Source: an uncultured Bacteroidota bacterium
GTDB lineage: Bacteria; Bacteroidota; Bacteroidia; Chitinophagales; LD1
NCBI GenBank assembly: GCA_903889265.1
Contig: CAISWS010000066.1
Location: 604-64,603 of the forward strand
Length of the DNA: 64,000 nt
Direction of reading: 5' to 3'
Shown: positions 1 to 9,669 of the stretch, piece after piece
Numbering within the stretch: the stretch's first letter is position 1
Layout of the letters: each line of letters starts with the position of its first letter
Notes under the pieces: model-generated
Told to the model about the DNA's origin: nothing
Seen by the model: the letters and a program-made list of their open reading frames with translations, nothing else
Databases searched by the model: none
Program-made: the position numbers and the translations under genes

Positions 1-378
1 TGTATTGGTTTCACCTATATGGGGTAATACCTGGGTATGGGCTTCAAGCACCGTAAACTCAGCAAAAGTTAAATCGGGTATTGATTTCAGCAGCGCAAAT
101 GTTTTAGGATAAAGCCGGCAGTTTTTGTGGTACTGCCACATAAAATTGTAGAAATAAATGTTCTTCCAGGCACTGGGGTCTGACAGGTAAGGTGGGTTCG
201 GGCTGCTCAACACTATTTCCTTACGGCCCGCAATAAAATCAGCCATTTCATCGCGTATAATATGCCAGTTATTTTCTAAAACCCTCGCCCATTCATATTT
301 CGATTCGTCATAGAAATATGGCTCAGGCCCCTGGTAAAGTTCGTTTTCATCCAGAAAGAAAATTGCTTCCTCTTTCAT
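1..378 (-). CDS. aspartyl/asparaginyl beta-hydroxylase family protein (N-terminal part only; the rest runs off the left edge)
   Basis: Absent from the ORF track because it has no stop in the window. The reverse complement of 1-378 reads MKEEAIFFLDENELYQGPEPYFYDESKYEWARVLENNWHIIRDEMADFIAGRKE...FAEFTVLEAHTQVLPHIGETNT in one open frame, with ATG at 376-378. The layout up to PHxGxxN matches my recollection of LpxO-like Asp/Asn hydroxylase cupins. Confidence 0.55.
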   Translation of the reverse strand, partial: MKEEAIFFLDENELYQGPEPYFYDESKYEWARVLENNWHIIRDEMADFIAGRKEIVLSSPNPPYLSDPSAWKNIYFYNFMWQYHKNCRLYPKTFALLKSIPDLTFAEFTVLEAHTQVLPHIGETNT

Positions 379-830
379 TTGCTTTCTGCACACTTAAATC
401 CGCCGGCAGCAAAAAACGCTGCATACTCAAAAGTAAACAACAATTGGTGTTTTTCAGATTGAAATTCAGTTCGCTCGGGCAAACCTGTACGTCGGTAAAC
501 AAAACGTCCTCTTTCCGATAGTATAAATTACAATTTTAAGGTAACCGTAGTTCTTTTGGCCGAATCGCAGCTCCTTCCCTGATAGCCTTCGATATTAGGA
601 GATGGCTAAACAGATCCGTAGCGCGCCACAAAACGACACATCCTCGGGGTCAGGGCATTTCTAATAGCTGTGTGCTTCAGAATTTCCGAAAAAGTGTTTT
701 GCTTGGATTTAAATATAACCAGGGGTATGCTTATTTGCCAATATATTCTCATTTCCATGCAAATAAGTTTTGTAACCTTATTTTTCATAAATTAGCATAC
801 CTTATCTTTTGATAAAATAATTCATTCAAA

Positions 831-2576
831 ATGCCGGGTGTAACCGAAACTAATACGCACAATAGGGCAGAATTCCTTAAAAAGCTCATGGGCCAGGCAA
901 CCGAACAAGCAACCCAATCCGGCAGTGGAGTGGCAAACCTGGTCAGTGAAAAAGGGCTAAGCCCCTATAAAGGCGAATGGGGAGAAAAGCAGGTACTGCA
1001 TCTTTTGCGCCGAAGCCTCTTTAGCGTAAAGCAGGATGAACTCAGGTATTTTTCAAAGCGTAATCTCCATCAATGTCTTGATGAATTGTTTGCACCCATC
1101 CCTGCACCTTCACCACCCATTAACGCATATAATAACGGAGAACATTCCGACCCGCACGTACCAGCCGGCCAAACCTGGGTAAACGCCACGTACGGCCCAC
1201 TCCCCCCCGGCTTTACTCCTGCCATGCGCATGAGCCTTATCGACAGCTTTCGCCGGTTTAGCCTCAAAGGTTGGTGGGCTGGTTTAATGGTCCATCAAAA
1301 ACCAAACATAACTGACAAAATGTTGCTGTTCTGGCATACCGCTATTTCAACCCAAATGAAGCAAGTGATGGATGCGCGATATAGTTATAAGCATCTAATG
1401 CTGTTACACAGTCATGCACTTGGCAACTTTAAACAGCTGATTCGGCAAGTAAGCACCGACCCCCAAATGTTGGTATACCAAAACGGGAATACCAACACAG
1501 CCTCAGCCCCCAACGAAAACTATGCCCGCGAACTACAGGAACTGTTTACCGTTGGTAAAGGGCCTGGCTCGCATTATACCGAAGAAGATGTACGGACAGC
1601 AGCCCGGGTACTTACCGGTTGGGTAGATAATTTTACATCCATTGACTCAACTAATGTAAGCTCCGGCTTTCTTCCTGAACAGCACGATACGGGCGATAAA
1701 AAATTCTCGGCATTTTATAACAACACCATTATTAAAGGGCGCACCGGTGCCGATGGCGCTAAAGAGCTGGATGATTTGGTAAATATGATTTTTGCAACTA
1801 CCGAAACGGCCAGGGCATTATGCCGCAAACTTTACCGGTATTTTGTTTATTACAATATTGATGATACAGTTGAAAAGAATGTAATTACTCCCTTGGCCCA
1901 TATGCTGGTTGCCAAAAATTTTGAAGTTAAAGGGGTAGTAAGGACATTATTAAGCAGTGAGCATTTTTTCGATGAAAAAAACATGGGCTGCATTATAAAA
2001 AGTCCCGCCGAACTGGTGGCGGGAATGATCCGGCAATTTAACGTGCAAATACCCGGCGATTCTGATTACGTGAAGCAATATAAATCGTGGATTGAGCTGG
2101 CCAACCTGATGGAGAACATGGACATGAACATTGGCGACCCGCCAAGTGTGGCAGGATGGGCAGCTTATTATCAGAAACCACAGTTTCACGAGTTTTGGAT
2201 AAACTCTGACACCCTTTCCACGCGCAACGGCGTAACAGAAACATTTTTAAGTAAAGAAGGCTATACGGAAAACGGGGTTTTGCTAAAATTGGATTATCTG
2301 AAATTTACTGCTGGGCTATCGAACCCCGCCAATCCCGGACAACTGATTAGCGACAGTGTACGCTTTTTATGCCCGGTTGCTTTTGATGATGTTCAGCTTA
2401 ATTATGTAAAAAAACAATTCCTGCTTTCAGGCCAGTCGGATGATTCCTACTGGTCCGAAGCCTGGAACAAGTATATCGCAAACCCCGGCAATCCTGAGGC
2501 CCTGAGTGAAGTGGACAGCCGCCTGCAACGGTATTATGTGTATTTACTTTCACGCGCTGAATATCAGCTGATTTAA
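831..2576 (+). CDS. DUF1800 domain-containing protein
   Basis: 581-aa ORF 9 nt upstream of a DUF1501 gene, which is the canonical pairing. It carries MLLFWH and YARELQELFTVGKG..YTEEDVRTAARVLTGW motifs typical of DUF1800. Confidence 0.7.
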   Translation: MPGVTETNTHNRAEFLKKLMGQATEQATQSGSGVANLVSEKGLSPYKGEWGEKQVLHLLRRSLFSVKQDELRYFSKRNLHQCLDELFAPIPAPSPPINAYNNGEHSDPHVPAGQTWVNATYGPLPPGFTPAMRMSLIDSFRRFSLKGWWAGLMVHQKPNITDKMLLFWHTAISTQMKQVMDARYSYKHLMLLHSHALGNFKQLIRQVSTDPQMLVYQNGNTNTASAPNENYARELQELFTVGKGPGSHYTEEDVRTAARVLTGWVDNFTSIDSTNVSSGFLPEQHDTGDKKFSAFYNNTIIKGRTGADGAKELDDLVNMIFATTETARALCRKLYRYFVYYNIDDTVEKNVITPLAHMLVAKNFEVKGVVRTLLSSEHFFDEKNMGCIIKSPAELVAGMIRQFNVQIPGDSDYVKQYKSWIELANLMENMDMNIGDPPSVAGWAAYYQKPQFHEFWINSDTLSTRNGVTETFLSKEGYTENGVLLKLDYLKFTAGLSNPANPGQLISDSVRFLCPVAFDDVQLNYVKKQFLLSGQSDDSYWSEAWNKYIANPGNPEALSEVDSRLQRYYVYLLSRAEYQLI

Positions 2577-2585
2577 TCTGAGCAC

Positions 2586-3863
2586 ATGAAAAGGCGAACA
2601 TTTGTAAAAAATACCCTTCCACTTGTTGCACTGCCCGGCTTGGTTAAAGGGGTGCCTCTTGGAGCCCTGACCTGGCCCACTAGTGAGGGCGTACCAAACA
2701 CAGATGGCAAAATTCTGGTGATGATTGAGCTCAATGGCGGTAACGATGGGCTCAACACAATTATACCAATCGACCAATACAAAAACCTGCGGGATGTGCG
2801 GGGGAACATTCTGATTCCGGAAAATAGAATCCTGCCGCTATCTGGTACTAACATTGTGGGCCTTCATCCCTCGCTTAAACCCCTGCAAGCTTTGTACGAC
2901 CGAAAAATGATGACAGTTGTGCAGGGCGTTGGTTATCCCAATTTCAACTACTCGCATTTCAGGGCATCTGATATCCTGCAAACTTCTTCTGGTGCCGATA
3001 ACAGTAACGTTTCAACCGGCTTTTTAGGCCGCTACCTCAATAAACTCAATCCACAATATCCCAAAGGCTATCCCAATAATCAAAGCCCCGATCCGCTGGC
3101 CATTACAGTGGGGCCTGTTCCAATATCTACCATGTTACAAGGCAATACTATGAGCATGGGTTTGTCCATTTCAAGCAGTAGTTCCTTCTATAACCTGGTA
3201 AGCGGGGTAAGTGCTGATGCACCATTAACCAATGCCGGCAAAGAAGTAAACTTTATGCGGCGCATTTCTTCGCTTACCACACAGTACGAAGGTGCCATAA
3301 AACAGGCAGGCCAAAAGCAACAAAACCTTTCAGGCAAGTATCCTGAAAAAAATGAGGTGGCCGAAAACCTGAAGATAATTGCACAGTTAATTGGAGGGGG
3401 CCTGCAGACCTCTGTATATGTAACTACCCAATTCAATTACGACCATCATAATGCCCAGGTAGATACCGCAGACCCCACCAAGGGTAAACATGCCGGCTTG
3501 CTAAGCCATCTTGCAGAAGCCATTGATGCTTTTTTAGATGATCTGCAACTGATGGGTATGCAGGACCGTGTTTTATGCATGGTTTATTCTGAATTTGGCA
3601 GGCGCATAAAATCAAATGCCAGTTACGGAACCGACCATGGTTCTGCACAACCATTTATGTTCTTCGGCACGCAGTTAAAAAGCGGGTTCATAGGTCACAA
3701 TCCTGTCATTCATGATAATATAACCGTTGCCGACAATCTTGAAATGCAAAACGATTATCGCTCGGTGTACACCACCATTTTAAAAAAGTGGTTCAATGCC
3801 TCCGATGATAATATTTCAGCAAGCGTACTTGCCACATTTCCTCAACTGGATCTGTTTAAATAG
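2586..3863 (+). CDS. DUF1501 domain-containing protein (sulfatase-like, Tat-type signal)
   Basis: Starts MKRRTFVKNTLPLVALPG, a twin-arginine-like signal. The IELNGGNDGLNT and SEFGRRIKSN..YGTDHG motifs are typical of DUF1501. Confidence 0.75.
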   Translation: MKRRTFVKNTLPLVALPGLVKGVPLGALTWPTSEGVPNTDGKILVMIELNGGNDGLNTIIPIDQYKNLRDVRGNILIPENRILPLSGTNIVGLHPSLKPLQALYDRKMMTVVQGVGYPNFNYSHFRASDILQTSSGADNSNVSTGFLGRYLNKLNPQYPKGYPNNQSPDPLAITVGPVPISTMLQGNTMSMGLSISSSSSFYNLVSGVSADAPLTNAGKEVNFMRRISSLTTQYEGAIKQAGQKQQNLSGKYPEKNEVAENLKIIAQLIGGGLQTSVYVTTQFNYDHHNAQVDTADPTKGKHAGLLSHLAEAIDAFLDDLQLMGMQDRVLCMVYSEFGRRIKSNASYGTDHGSAQPFMFFGTQLKSGFIGHNPVIHDNITVADNLEMQNDYRSVYTTILKKWFNASDDNISASVLATFPQLDLFK

Positions 3864-4046
3864 GTCGTTTATCAAAGCTGTGTTTTGTCTTCCTCCTCCG
3901 GATATTTACACTCAATCCTGCACCGGTTCAACCTGTGCTTCCCGGCCCCTGCCCAGTTTTCTAAACTTAACATGTATCCGGTGTTGAAATTATATGAATA
4001 ATGGTGTTGTTATTCCTATTTTAGTAGGGACAAAACAGGTTCACAA

Positions 4047-4658
4047 TTGGCTAAAGGCGAAGACTATAGCATTCTTACTGATGAAGAACTGGTTGAACGT
4101 TACCGCAACTCTCACGAAACGGTTTATATAGGCGAGCTGTATCAGCGCTACACTCACCTGGTGTTTGGCGTATGCATGAAATATTTTAAAAATGAAGCGG
4201 CGTCGGAAGACGCCACCATGCAGATATTTGAAAAACTGATTGCCGAGTTAAAGAAACACCATATAGTTGCCTTTAAGCCCTGGCTGCATACCGTGGTTAA
4301 AAACCATTGCATGATGCTTTTCAGAAAAGGAAGCGCCGAGGAAAAAAGAATGGCCGACCTGAAAAAGGAAGCTGAAGGCGTTGTGGAAAATCCGGAAGCG
4401 CAACATCTACTCGAGGCGCAGGAAAAAGAATTTATACTGCAACACCTCAAAGAAGGCATTGACGACCTGAAGGAAGAACAGCGTATATGCATTGAGTTGT
4501 TCTATCTGAAAGAAAGCAGCTACGCCGAAATATCATTAATTACAGGGTTTAGCGCCAACGAGGTAAAGAGCTACATACAAAACGGAAAAAGGAATTTAAA
4601 AAACTACATAACTGCAAAAAATGAGCGGCCCCAAAAAGGACAAGGTGATACTTTCTGA
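4047..4658 (+). CDS. RNA polymerase sigma-70 family (ECF-type) sigma factor
   Basis: 203 aa with a TTG start. Region 2-like YIGELYQRYTHLVFGVCMKYF..EDATMQIF and region 4-like EEQRICIELFYLKESSYAEISLITGFSANEVKSYIQNGKRNLK. Confidence 0.8.
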   Translation: MAKGEDYSILTDEELVERYRNSHETVYIGELYQRYTHLVFGVCMKYFKNEAASEDATMQIFEKLIAELKKHHIVAFKPWLHTVVKNHCMMLFRKGSAEEKRMADLKKEAEGVVENPEAQHLLEAQEKEFILQHLKEGIDDLKEEQRICIELFYLKESSYAEISLITGFSANEVKSYIQNGKRNLKNYITAKNERPQKGQGDTF

Positions 4659-5712
4659 GCAGGGCGTTGTTACTGAAGAGGCGTTAACCGCTTACCTTCA
4701 GAATAAACTTAGCCCCGATGAAAAGCAACAGCTGGAAAAACTGTTGCAGGAAGATCCTTTTGCCCGGGACGCATTGGAAGGCCTGCAAAACTCTTCGAAC
4801 CAGGCAGCGGTGCATACCTCCGTTTCCTCGCTCAACAAAAAAGTGCGCGAACGCAGTGGCTTGAAGGAACGCAAAGGGTTAAAACTACATTGGGTAAACT
4901 ATGCCTGGGCTGCCGTGGTATTTGGTTTGCTGGTGGCCATCGGGTTTGTAATGGTAAATTTTTTAAATAAAAAGGACAACAACCTGGCGCTAAACAGTAG
5001 TAAAGAAAATATGACTGCCCCTTCAATAGTTTCAAAAGACACGGCAGCCGTTTCCGAAAGGCCGAAGGTTTTAGTAGCCGACTCTTCTGTTACCAACGCT
5101 ACAGGTTCCGATACAGTTGCAGCCGCTGTAACAGGTAGCCCTGCTCAAATCAAACCCGTACCTAATCAGGCTAAAAACCTTGACGATAAAATTACGCCTA
5201 ACCCGGCAAGTACTAAACCCATTCAAGCATCCGCACCTCAAAATACAACTGCGGGCAATCAAAAGGTCGCTGAACCTGCTAAAAGCAAAACGGATACCTC
5301 CAAAGCCAGTCATATCAACGCGAATAAAAATGCCCTGCAACCCGTTACAGACACCAGAGATGCTGCCACAGTGATGGATGAGGCCATGAAAAGTTTTAAT
5401 TCCGGCGATTATGCGGCTTCGGGCGATAATTTTGACAAGATACTGAAACATGACCCCGATAACACTGATGCCCTATACTTCGGGGGCATTAGCGACTATA
5501 TCAACGGCAAAACCGGCAAAAGCGAAAACAACTTTGATAAGCTGCTTAAAAAAGGCAATAAATATATTGAAGGTTCCAAATGGTATAAAGCCAATATCCT
5601 GATTAAAAAAGGCCATTCCGAAGCAGCCAAACCTTTATTGCAGGACCTCAGCAACTCCAACGGCTCGTACAAAGAACGCGCCATCAAAAAACTGGCCGAA
5701 ATGGGATTTTAG
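4621..5712 (+). CDS. membrane-anchored anti-sigma-like protein with C-terminal TPR-like region
   Basis: Overlaps the sigma gene by 38 nt. The N-terminal LTAYLQNKLSPDEKQQLEKLLQEDPFARDALEGL is the pattern seen in Bacteroidota anti-sigma partners. It has one TM helix (WAAVVFGLLVAIGFVMVNF), a Ser/Thr/Ala/Pro-rich linker and TPR-like helices at the end. Confidence 0.5.
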   Translation: MSGPKKDKVILSEQGVVTEEALTAYLQNKLSPDEKQQLEKLLQEDPFARDALEGLQNSSNQAAVHTSVSSLNKKVRERSGLKERKGLKLHWVNYAWAAVVFGLLVAIGFVMVNFLNKKDNNLALNSSKENMTAPSIVSKDTAAVSERPKVLVADSSVTNATGSDTVAAAVTGSPAQIKPVPNQAKNLDDKITPNPASTKPIQASAPQNTTAGNQKVAEPAKSKTDTSKASHINANKNALQPVTDTRDAATVMDEAMKSFNSGDYAASGDNFDKILKHDPDNTDALYFGGISDYINGKTGKSENNFDKLLKKGNKYIEGSKWYKANILIKKGHSEAAKPLLQDLSNSNGSYKERAIKKLAEMGF

Positions 5713-5720
5713 AACCGCCC

Positions 5721-6248
5721 CTACTTCCCTGTGCGCACCATTTTATAAATCCGTATTGCGCTCATTAAAACAATAATAAAAAGCACCAGGCCTATAAGCG
5801 ACCACAAGGCGCTCAGGCTCTCTTTTACAACCGCCAGCATTACAATAGCTACCAGAAAAATTGTCGCCACCTCATTTAAAATCCGTAGCTGCTGCGAGGT
5901 CCAGGTAAAAGCCCCGCTCATCTGTTGCTTAAATATCCGGTGCAGTGTAAGGTGATACCCATACAAACCCACTACAAAACATAACTTAACCATTAACCAT
6001 TGGGGCAGGGCATTTAAAAGATAAAACATCCAGGGCCCGAATATTAGCGTAAGAATAGCCGAAGGCCAGGTAATGCTATACCAAAGGCGCCTGGTCATCA
6101 TATCAAACTGCGCCCGTAAAACTTTCTTTTCAGCTTCAGGTTTTTCTTCCGCTTCCGCATTATAAATAAAAAGACGTACTATATAAAACAGCCCGCTAAA
6201 CCAGGTTACTATAAATACAATGTGTAATGCCTTAACGTATAAATACAT
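5721..6248 (-). CDS. hemJ: protoporphyrinogen IX oxidase HemJ (CopD/UPF0093 family)
   Basis: 175 aa with about 5 TM helices. The N-terminal MYLYVKALHIVFIVTWFSGLFYIVRLFIY matches the HemJ signature as I recall it. Confidence 0.7.
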   Translation of the reverse strand: MYLYVKALHIVFIVTWFSGLFYIVRLFIYNAEAEEKPEAEKKVLRAQFDMMTRRLWYSITWPSAILTLIFGPWMFYLLNALPQWLMVKLCFVVGLYGYHLTLHRIFKQQMSGAFTWTSQQLRILNEVATIFLVAIVMLAVVKESLSALWSLIGLVLFIIVLMSAIRIYKMVRTGK

Positions 6249-6325
6249 GATGATTACTTTTTAAAGTGGCTCGCTGTGTTCCAATTGGAGCGCAAGGTAA
6301 TAACTAAAATCTCTACTTTTATTCT

Positions 6326-6925
6326 ATGGACAGCGACTTTATACTTCTGCGTAATTACATCAGCAAGTTTATAAAACTGAGCGATGCCGACTGGCAAATG
6401 CTTGAACCGCATTTGCAAAAACGCACTCTCAAAAAGCATAGCTTTTTTGAACAGGAGGGTAAAAAGGCCCGGGAAGTAGGCTACATCGTTGAGGGCAACA
6501 TGCGGCATTTTTATACCCATCAGGGCGAGGAAAAAACAACTTACTTCTATTTTGAAAACTCAATGGTGGCTTCGTACATCAGTTGCCTTACTGGTCAGCC
6601 TTCTATGATAACTATTGAGGCGCTTACAGAAGTAAAAATGATTGTTTTTCCGTACGCCATATTGAATACTCTTTACAGCCAAAGTCCTGCTTGGGAACGT
6701 TTTGGCCGCCTGCTTGCCGAATATTTAGCCATGGGCCTTGAAGAACGTATGGTGGGTCTGCTTACCCTAAGTCCGGAAGAGCGATATATTCAATTACTGG
6801 AAAGCAACAAGAGAAAAATAACTGAGCGCATTGCTCAACACTACATAGCCAATTACCTGGGCATTACGCCGGTCAGCCTTAGTCGCATACGCAACCGGGT
6901 ATTAAAGCATACGCCTGATCTTTAA
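6326..6925 (+). CDS. Crp/Fnr family transcriptional regulator
   Basis: 199 aa with a cNMP-binding-like N-terminal domain and a C-terminal HTH (RIAQHYIANYLGITPVSLSRIRNR). Confidence 0.8.
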   Translation: MDSDFILLRNYISKFIKLSDADWQMLEPHLQKRTLKKHSFFEQEGKKAREVGYIVEGNMRHFYTHQGEEKTTYFYFENSMVASYISCLTGQPSMITIEALTEVKMIVFPYAILNTLYSQSPAWERFGRLLAEYLAMGLEERMVGLLTLSPEERYIQLLESNKRKITERIAQHYIANYLGITPVSLSRIRNRVLKHTPDL

Positions 6926-7002
6926 TGCACTTCATTTTCTTATCTATTGTTAACGAAAAGCGGTTGGCTGCAGGCCAACTTTGCACTATAAAAACAATAG
7001 AT

Positions 7003-7353
7003 ATGAAAATCGCATTACAAGCCGAGGAACTGGCACAGTTTATACTGGTAATTTTTTTACTTCGCTTACAACCCATTGAATTGCCCTGGTGGCTATGGCC
7101 CGTCATATTCCTGGCGCCTGACCTGGGCATGTTAGGTTATTTATTCAATCCGGCGGCAGGTGCTGTTACCTATAACCTTTTTCATCACAAGCTAATTGCA
7201 GTGTTGCTTTTAGGCATTGGTTACCTCACGCACCAACCGGTGATTGTTCTGGCTGGCCTTGTACTTTATGGCCATTCATCTTTTGACCGGATGCTCGGCT
7301 ATGGCCTTAAATATCCCGATGCATTTAAGCATACACATTTGGGCTGGTTGTAA
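7003..7353 (+). CDS. DUF4260 family membrane protein
   Basis: I prefer the internal ATG at 7003 (MKIALQAEELAQFILVIFL...) over the track start at 6925. WWLWPVIFLAPDLGMLGYL....GAVTYNLFHH resembles DUF4260, which is often found next to Crp regulators. Confidence 0.55.
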   Translation: MKIALQAEELAQFILVIFLLRLQPIELPWWLWPVIFLAPDLGMLGYLFNPAAGAVTYNLFHHKLIAVLLLGIGYLTHQPVIVLAGLVLYGHSSFDRMLGYGLKYPDAFKHTHLGWL

Positions 7354-7524
7354 AACACCGGGTTCAACATATTGCCATGTGTGACCCTGAAACACCGGCC
7401 GGGGTTAACTTACCGGCACCCCTTCTATGGCTTAACAGCAGCGTAGAGGATGGACAGGCACAACGAGATTAGGGAGAACTGTATTTGCTTTGCACCCAAT
7501 CCCGTTTATTTTCGCACCAACAAT

Positions 7525-8760
7525 ATGCACCCGAAAAATCTATCCATCAGCGATTTCACCTACCAGTTAGCCGATGAGCGTATTGCCAAATACCCCCTTG
7601 CCGAACGCGACCTCTCAAAACTTTTGATTTATAAAGATGAAGTAATCTCGGAGGATATTTACAGGAATATCCACGGGCATATCCCTTCCAACTCACTGCT
7701 GGTTTTTAATAATACCAAAGTAATACCCGCCCGTTTATTTTTTAAAAATGCTACCGGCGCTAAAATTGAAATATTCTGCCTGGACCCTGCCGGTGAAAAT
7801 ACAGATATGGCTTCCGCCATGTCGCAAACCCAAAAAACGCGCTGGAACTGCTTAATAGGCCGCGCCAATAAATGGAAAGAAAAACAATTGCATTTTACAG
7901 CCAGCGATTTTACACTCACAGCCGAAATTGTAGAAAAGAAAGCCGACTCGTTCGTAGTTGAATTTACCTGGCAACCCGAAAATTTATCCTTTGCCGAAAT
8001 ATTGGACAAAACCGGTATGATGCCTATACCCCCTTATTTAAGACGCGAGTCCGAACAACTCGACCAGCAACGTTACCAAACAGTCTACGCGCTTCAAAAA
8101 GGCTCTGTTGCAGCGCCAACCGCCGGGCTACACTTTACCGAAGATGTATTGGGCTCACTAAAAAATAAGAACGTTCAATTTACTTACGTAACCCTGCACG
8201 TAGGCGCCGGCACCTTTAAGCCAGTAAAAGCCGAACGCATGGAGGGCCATGAAATGCACGCCGAGTTAATAGACGTTGACGTTGCAACAATTCGGTCCCT
8301 CTCGGATTCGTTAAATCAAAATATAATTGCAGTAGGCACAACTTCATTGCGCACCATTGAGTCCCTTTTCTGGATGGGCCAAAAGGCTATGCTAAACCCC
8401 GAAGCCTCATTGCCCCAGCTTGAAATAAAACAATGGGACCCTTACGAAATTACGTTTGAACAAACCAGTAAAGAACAAACCCTGCTGGCGTTGCGGGCAC
8501 TGCTGCAATGGATGCTTAAAAACAAGCTGAACAGGTTGATATGCAAAACACAGATTATGATTGCTCCGGGATATAAGCTGCGTGTAGCAGACGCCATCAT
8601 AACCAACTTCCATCAGCCCGCTTCCACTCTGCTGCTTTTAGTGGCCGCAGTAATTGGAAACGATAAAGAGGACTGGAAAAAAATATACGATTACGCCCTG
8701 GCCAGGCACTTCCGGTTTTTAAGTTATGGCGATGGCTCTTTGTTATGGGCTAATAAATGA
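7525..8760 (+). CDS. queA: tRNA preQ1(34) S-adenosylmethionine ribosyltransferase-isomerase QueA
   Basis: ISDFTYQLADERIAKYPLAERDLSKLL, PIPPYL, GSVAAPTAGLHFT and TNFHQPASTLL are QueA hallmarks. ATG 7525 is preferred over 7450 because a near-consensus -7 box (TGTATTTG, 7480-7487) lies between the two. Confidence 0.9.
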   Translation: MHPKNLSISDFTYQLADERIAKYPLAERDLSKLLIYKDEVISEDIYRNIHGHIPSNSLLVFNNTKVIPARLFFKNATGAKIEIFCLDPAGENTDMASAMSQTQKTRWNCLIGRANKWKEKQLHFTASDFTLTAEIVEKKADSFVVEFTWQPENLSFAEILDKTGMMPIPPYLRRESEQLDQQRYQTVYALQKGSVAAPTAGLHFTEDVLGSLKNKNVQFTYVTLHVGAGTFKPVKAERMEGHEMHAELIDVDVATIRSLSDSLNQNIIAVGTTSLRTIESLFWMGQKAMLNPEASLPQLEIKQWDPYEITFEQTSKEQTLLALRALLQWMLKNKLNRLICKTQIMIAPGYKLRVADAIITNFHQPASTLLLLVAAVIGNDKEDWKKIYDYALARHFRFLSYGDGSLLWANK

Positions 8761-8764
8761 AATC

Positions 8765-8986
8765 CTACCTGCTTTTATTCTTATTCTCCTGTATTATTTT
8801 CTCCCTGAACCTTCTTTGCCCGCGTATATTGTACCATATAAGCCCACAAAAAACCGCGCAGAACAAGGGAAAATAAACCCGGTTATCAAAAACGCGCAGG
8901 GTTATCAGGTTGTAAAGCATTACCACCAGCGCACAAATTCCCGCAAGTATCCATGCTGTTTCTAAGTATTTAAGAAAGTTGTTCAT
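8765..8986 (-). CDS. small two-TM membrane protein, function unknown
   Basis: 73 aa with two hydrophobic helices and a basic tail (RGQRRFREKIIQENKNKSR). Preferred over the overlapping + strand ORF, which is the out-of-frame tail of queA. Confidence 0.4.
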   Translation of the reverse strand: MNNFLKYLETAWILAGICALVVMLYNLITLRVFDNRVYFPLFCAVFCGLIWYNIRGQRRFREKIIQENKNKSR

Positions 8987-9054
8987 TTTAGGGTTTGTAA
9001 TTGGTTCAATACAAAATTGCTTTAAAACGTATAAACAAACCAGGCTTATAAAAG

Positions 9055-9669
9055 TTACAATTCGCCCGACTTCACCTTAATGGTGCCGGTAATATTCTTA
9101 ATCACATAGCCCGTAAAGTTTTCGTTCGCCGTCATGCCATTGCCGTAAATTATCTCATCGGGCGTCCTTATTTTTACAAAAGAGTTGGAGTAAATAATCT
9201 TCTTATCCTCGTCCCATATCAGCTCATCCGTGTTAAGTATTTCCCCCTTATTATTAATTACTACGACACTGTCGCGGGCTGTCATAGAGTGGCTGTTTTC
9301 ATAAGCTGTGGCGTATTTGGCCGTTAGTGTGCTTTCAACATTATGGTGCTCATCGTAAAAAAGGATTTTAATACCATCCGAAAACTCAAAGTAAGGCCGG
9401 TCTTTATTAAAGCGCGTGGCAGTAGCGGCAATGGCCTTAATTCTTACTATCCCGTTATCTGAATAGTTAATCTCAACCTTTTTACCCTTCTCAATATTAA
9501 CGTTAGCGCGCGAAACAATTAAGCGTGCTTCTGCCAGATCATTTTTACAGCCCGATAAGACTAGTGAGAACAGGAAAGCAAACCAAAAGGTATAAAGTCT
9601 GCCCGGCGATGAAAAGCCACAAACCTCGGTTTGGCGCTTAATACCAGGGCAGGTTTGCATATTAATCAA
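9055..9669 (-). CDS. lptC: LPS export system periplasmic protein LptC-like
   Basis: About 200 aa with an N-terminal anchor and a beta-jellyroll-like sequence. It holds the conserved Bacteroidota position downstream of coaX and a porin-like gene. The exact start is uncertain. Confidence 0.55.
   Translation of the reverse strand: MINMQTCPGIKRQTEVCGFSSPGRLYTFWFAFLFSLVLSGCKNDLAEARLIVSRANVNIEKGKKVEINYSDNGIVRIKAIAATATRFNKDRPYFEFSDGIKILFYDEHHNVESTLTAKYATAYENSHSMTARDSVVVINNKGEILNTDELIWDEDKKIIYSNSFVKIRTPDEIIYGNGMTANENFTGYVIKNITGTIKVKSGEL

Noticed and set aside
318-788. Small ORFs at 318-521 (+) and 606-788 (-) in the divergent spacer before the DUF1800 gene. Also a minus-strand string, CAGGGAAGGAGCTGC, that looks superficially like the SRP RNA helix-8 motif.
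   Set aside because: 318-521 overlaps the real hydroxylase gene out of frame. 606-788 has an odd composition and no motif. The SRP-like string lacks the flanking complementary strands needed for helix 8.
6925-7524. The longer N-terminal extensions given by the ORF track for the DUF4260 gene (start 6925) and queA (start 7450).
   Set aside because: The extensions contain no conserved sequence. The internal ATGs give proteins that start where the family alignments start as I recall them, and a promoter-like box lies inside the queA extension.
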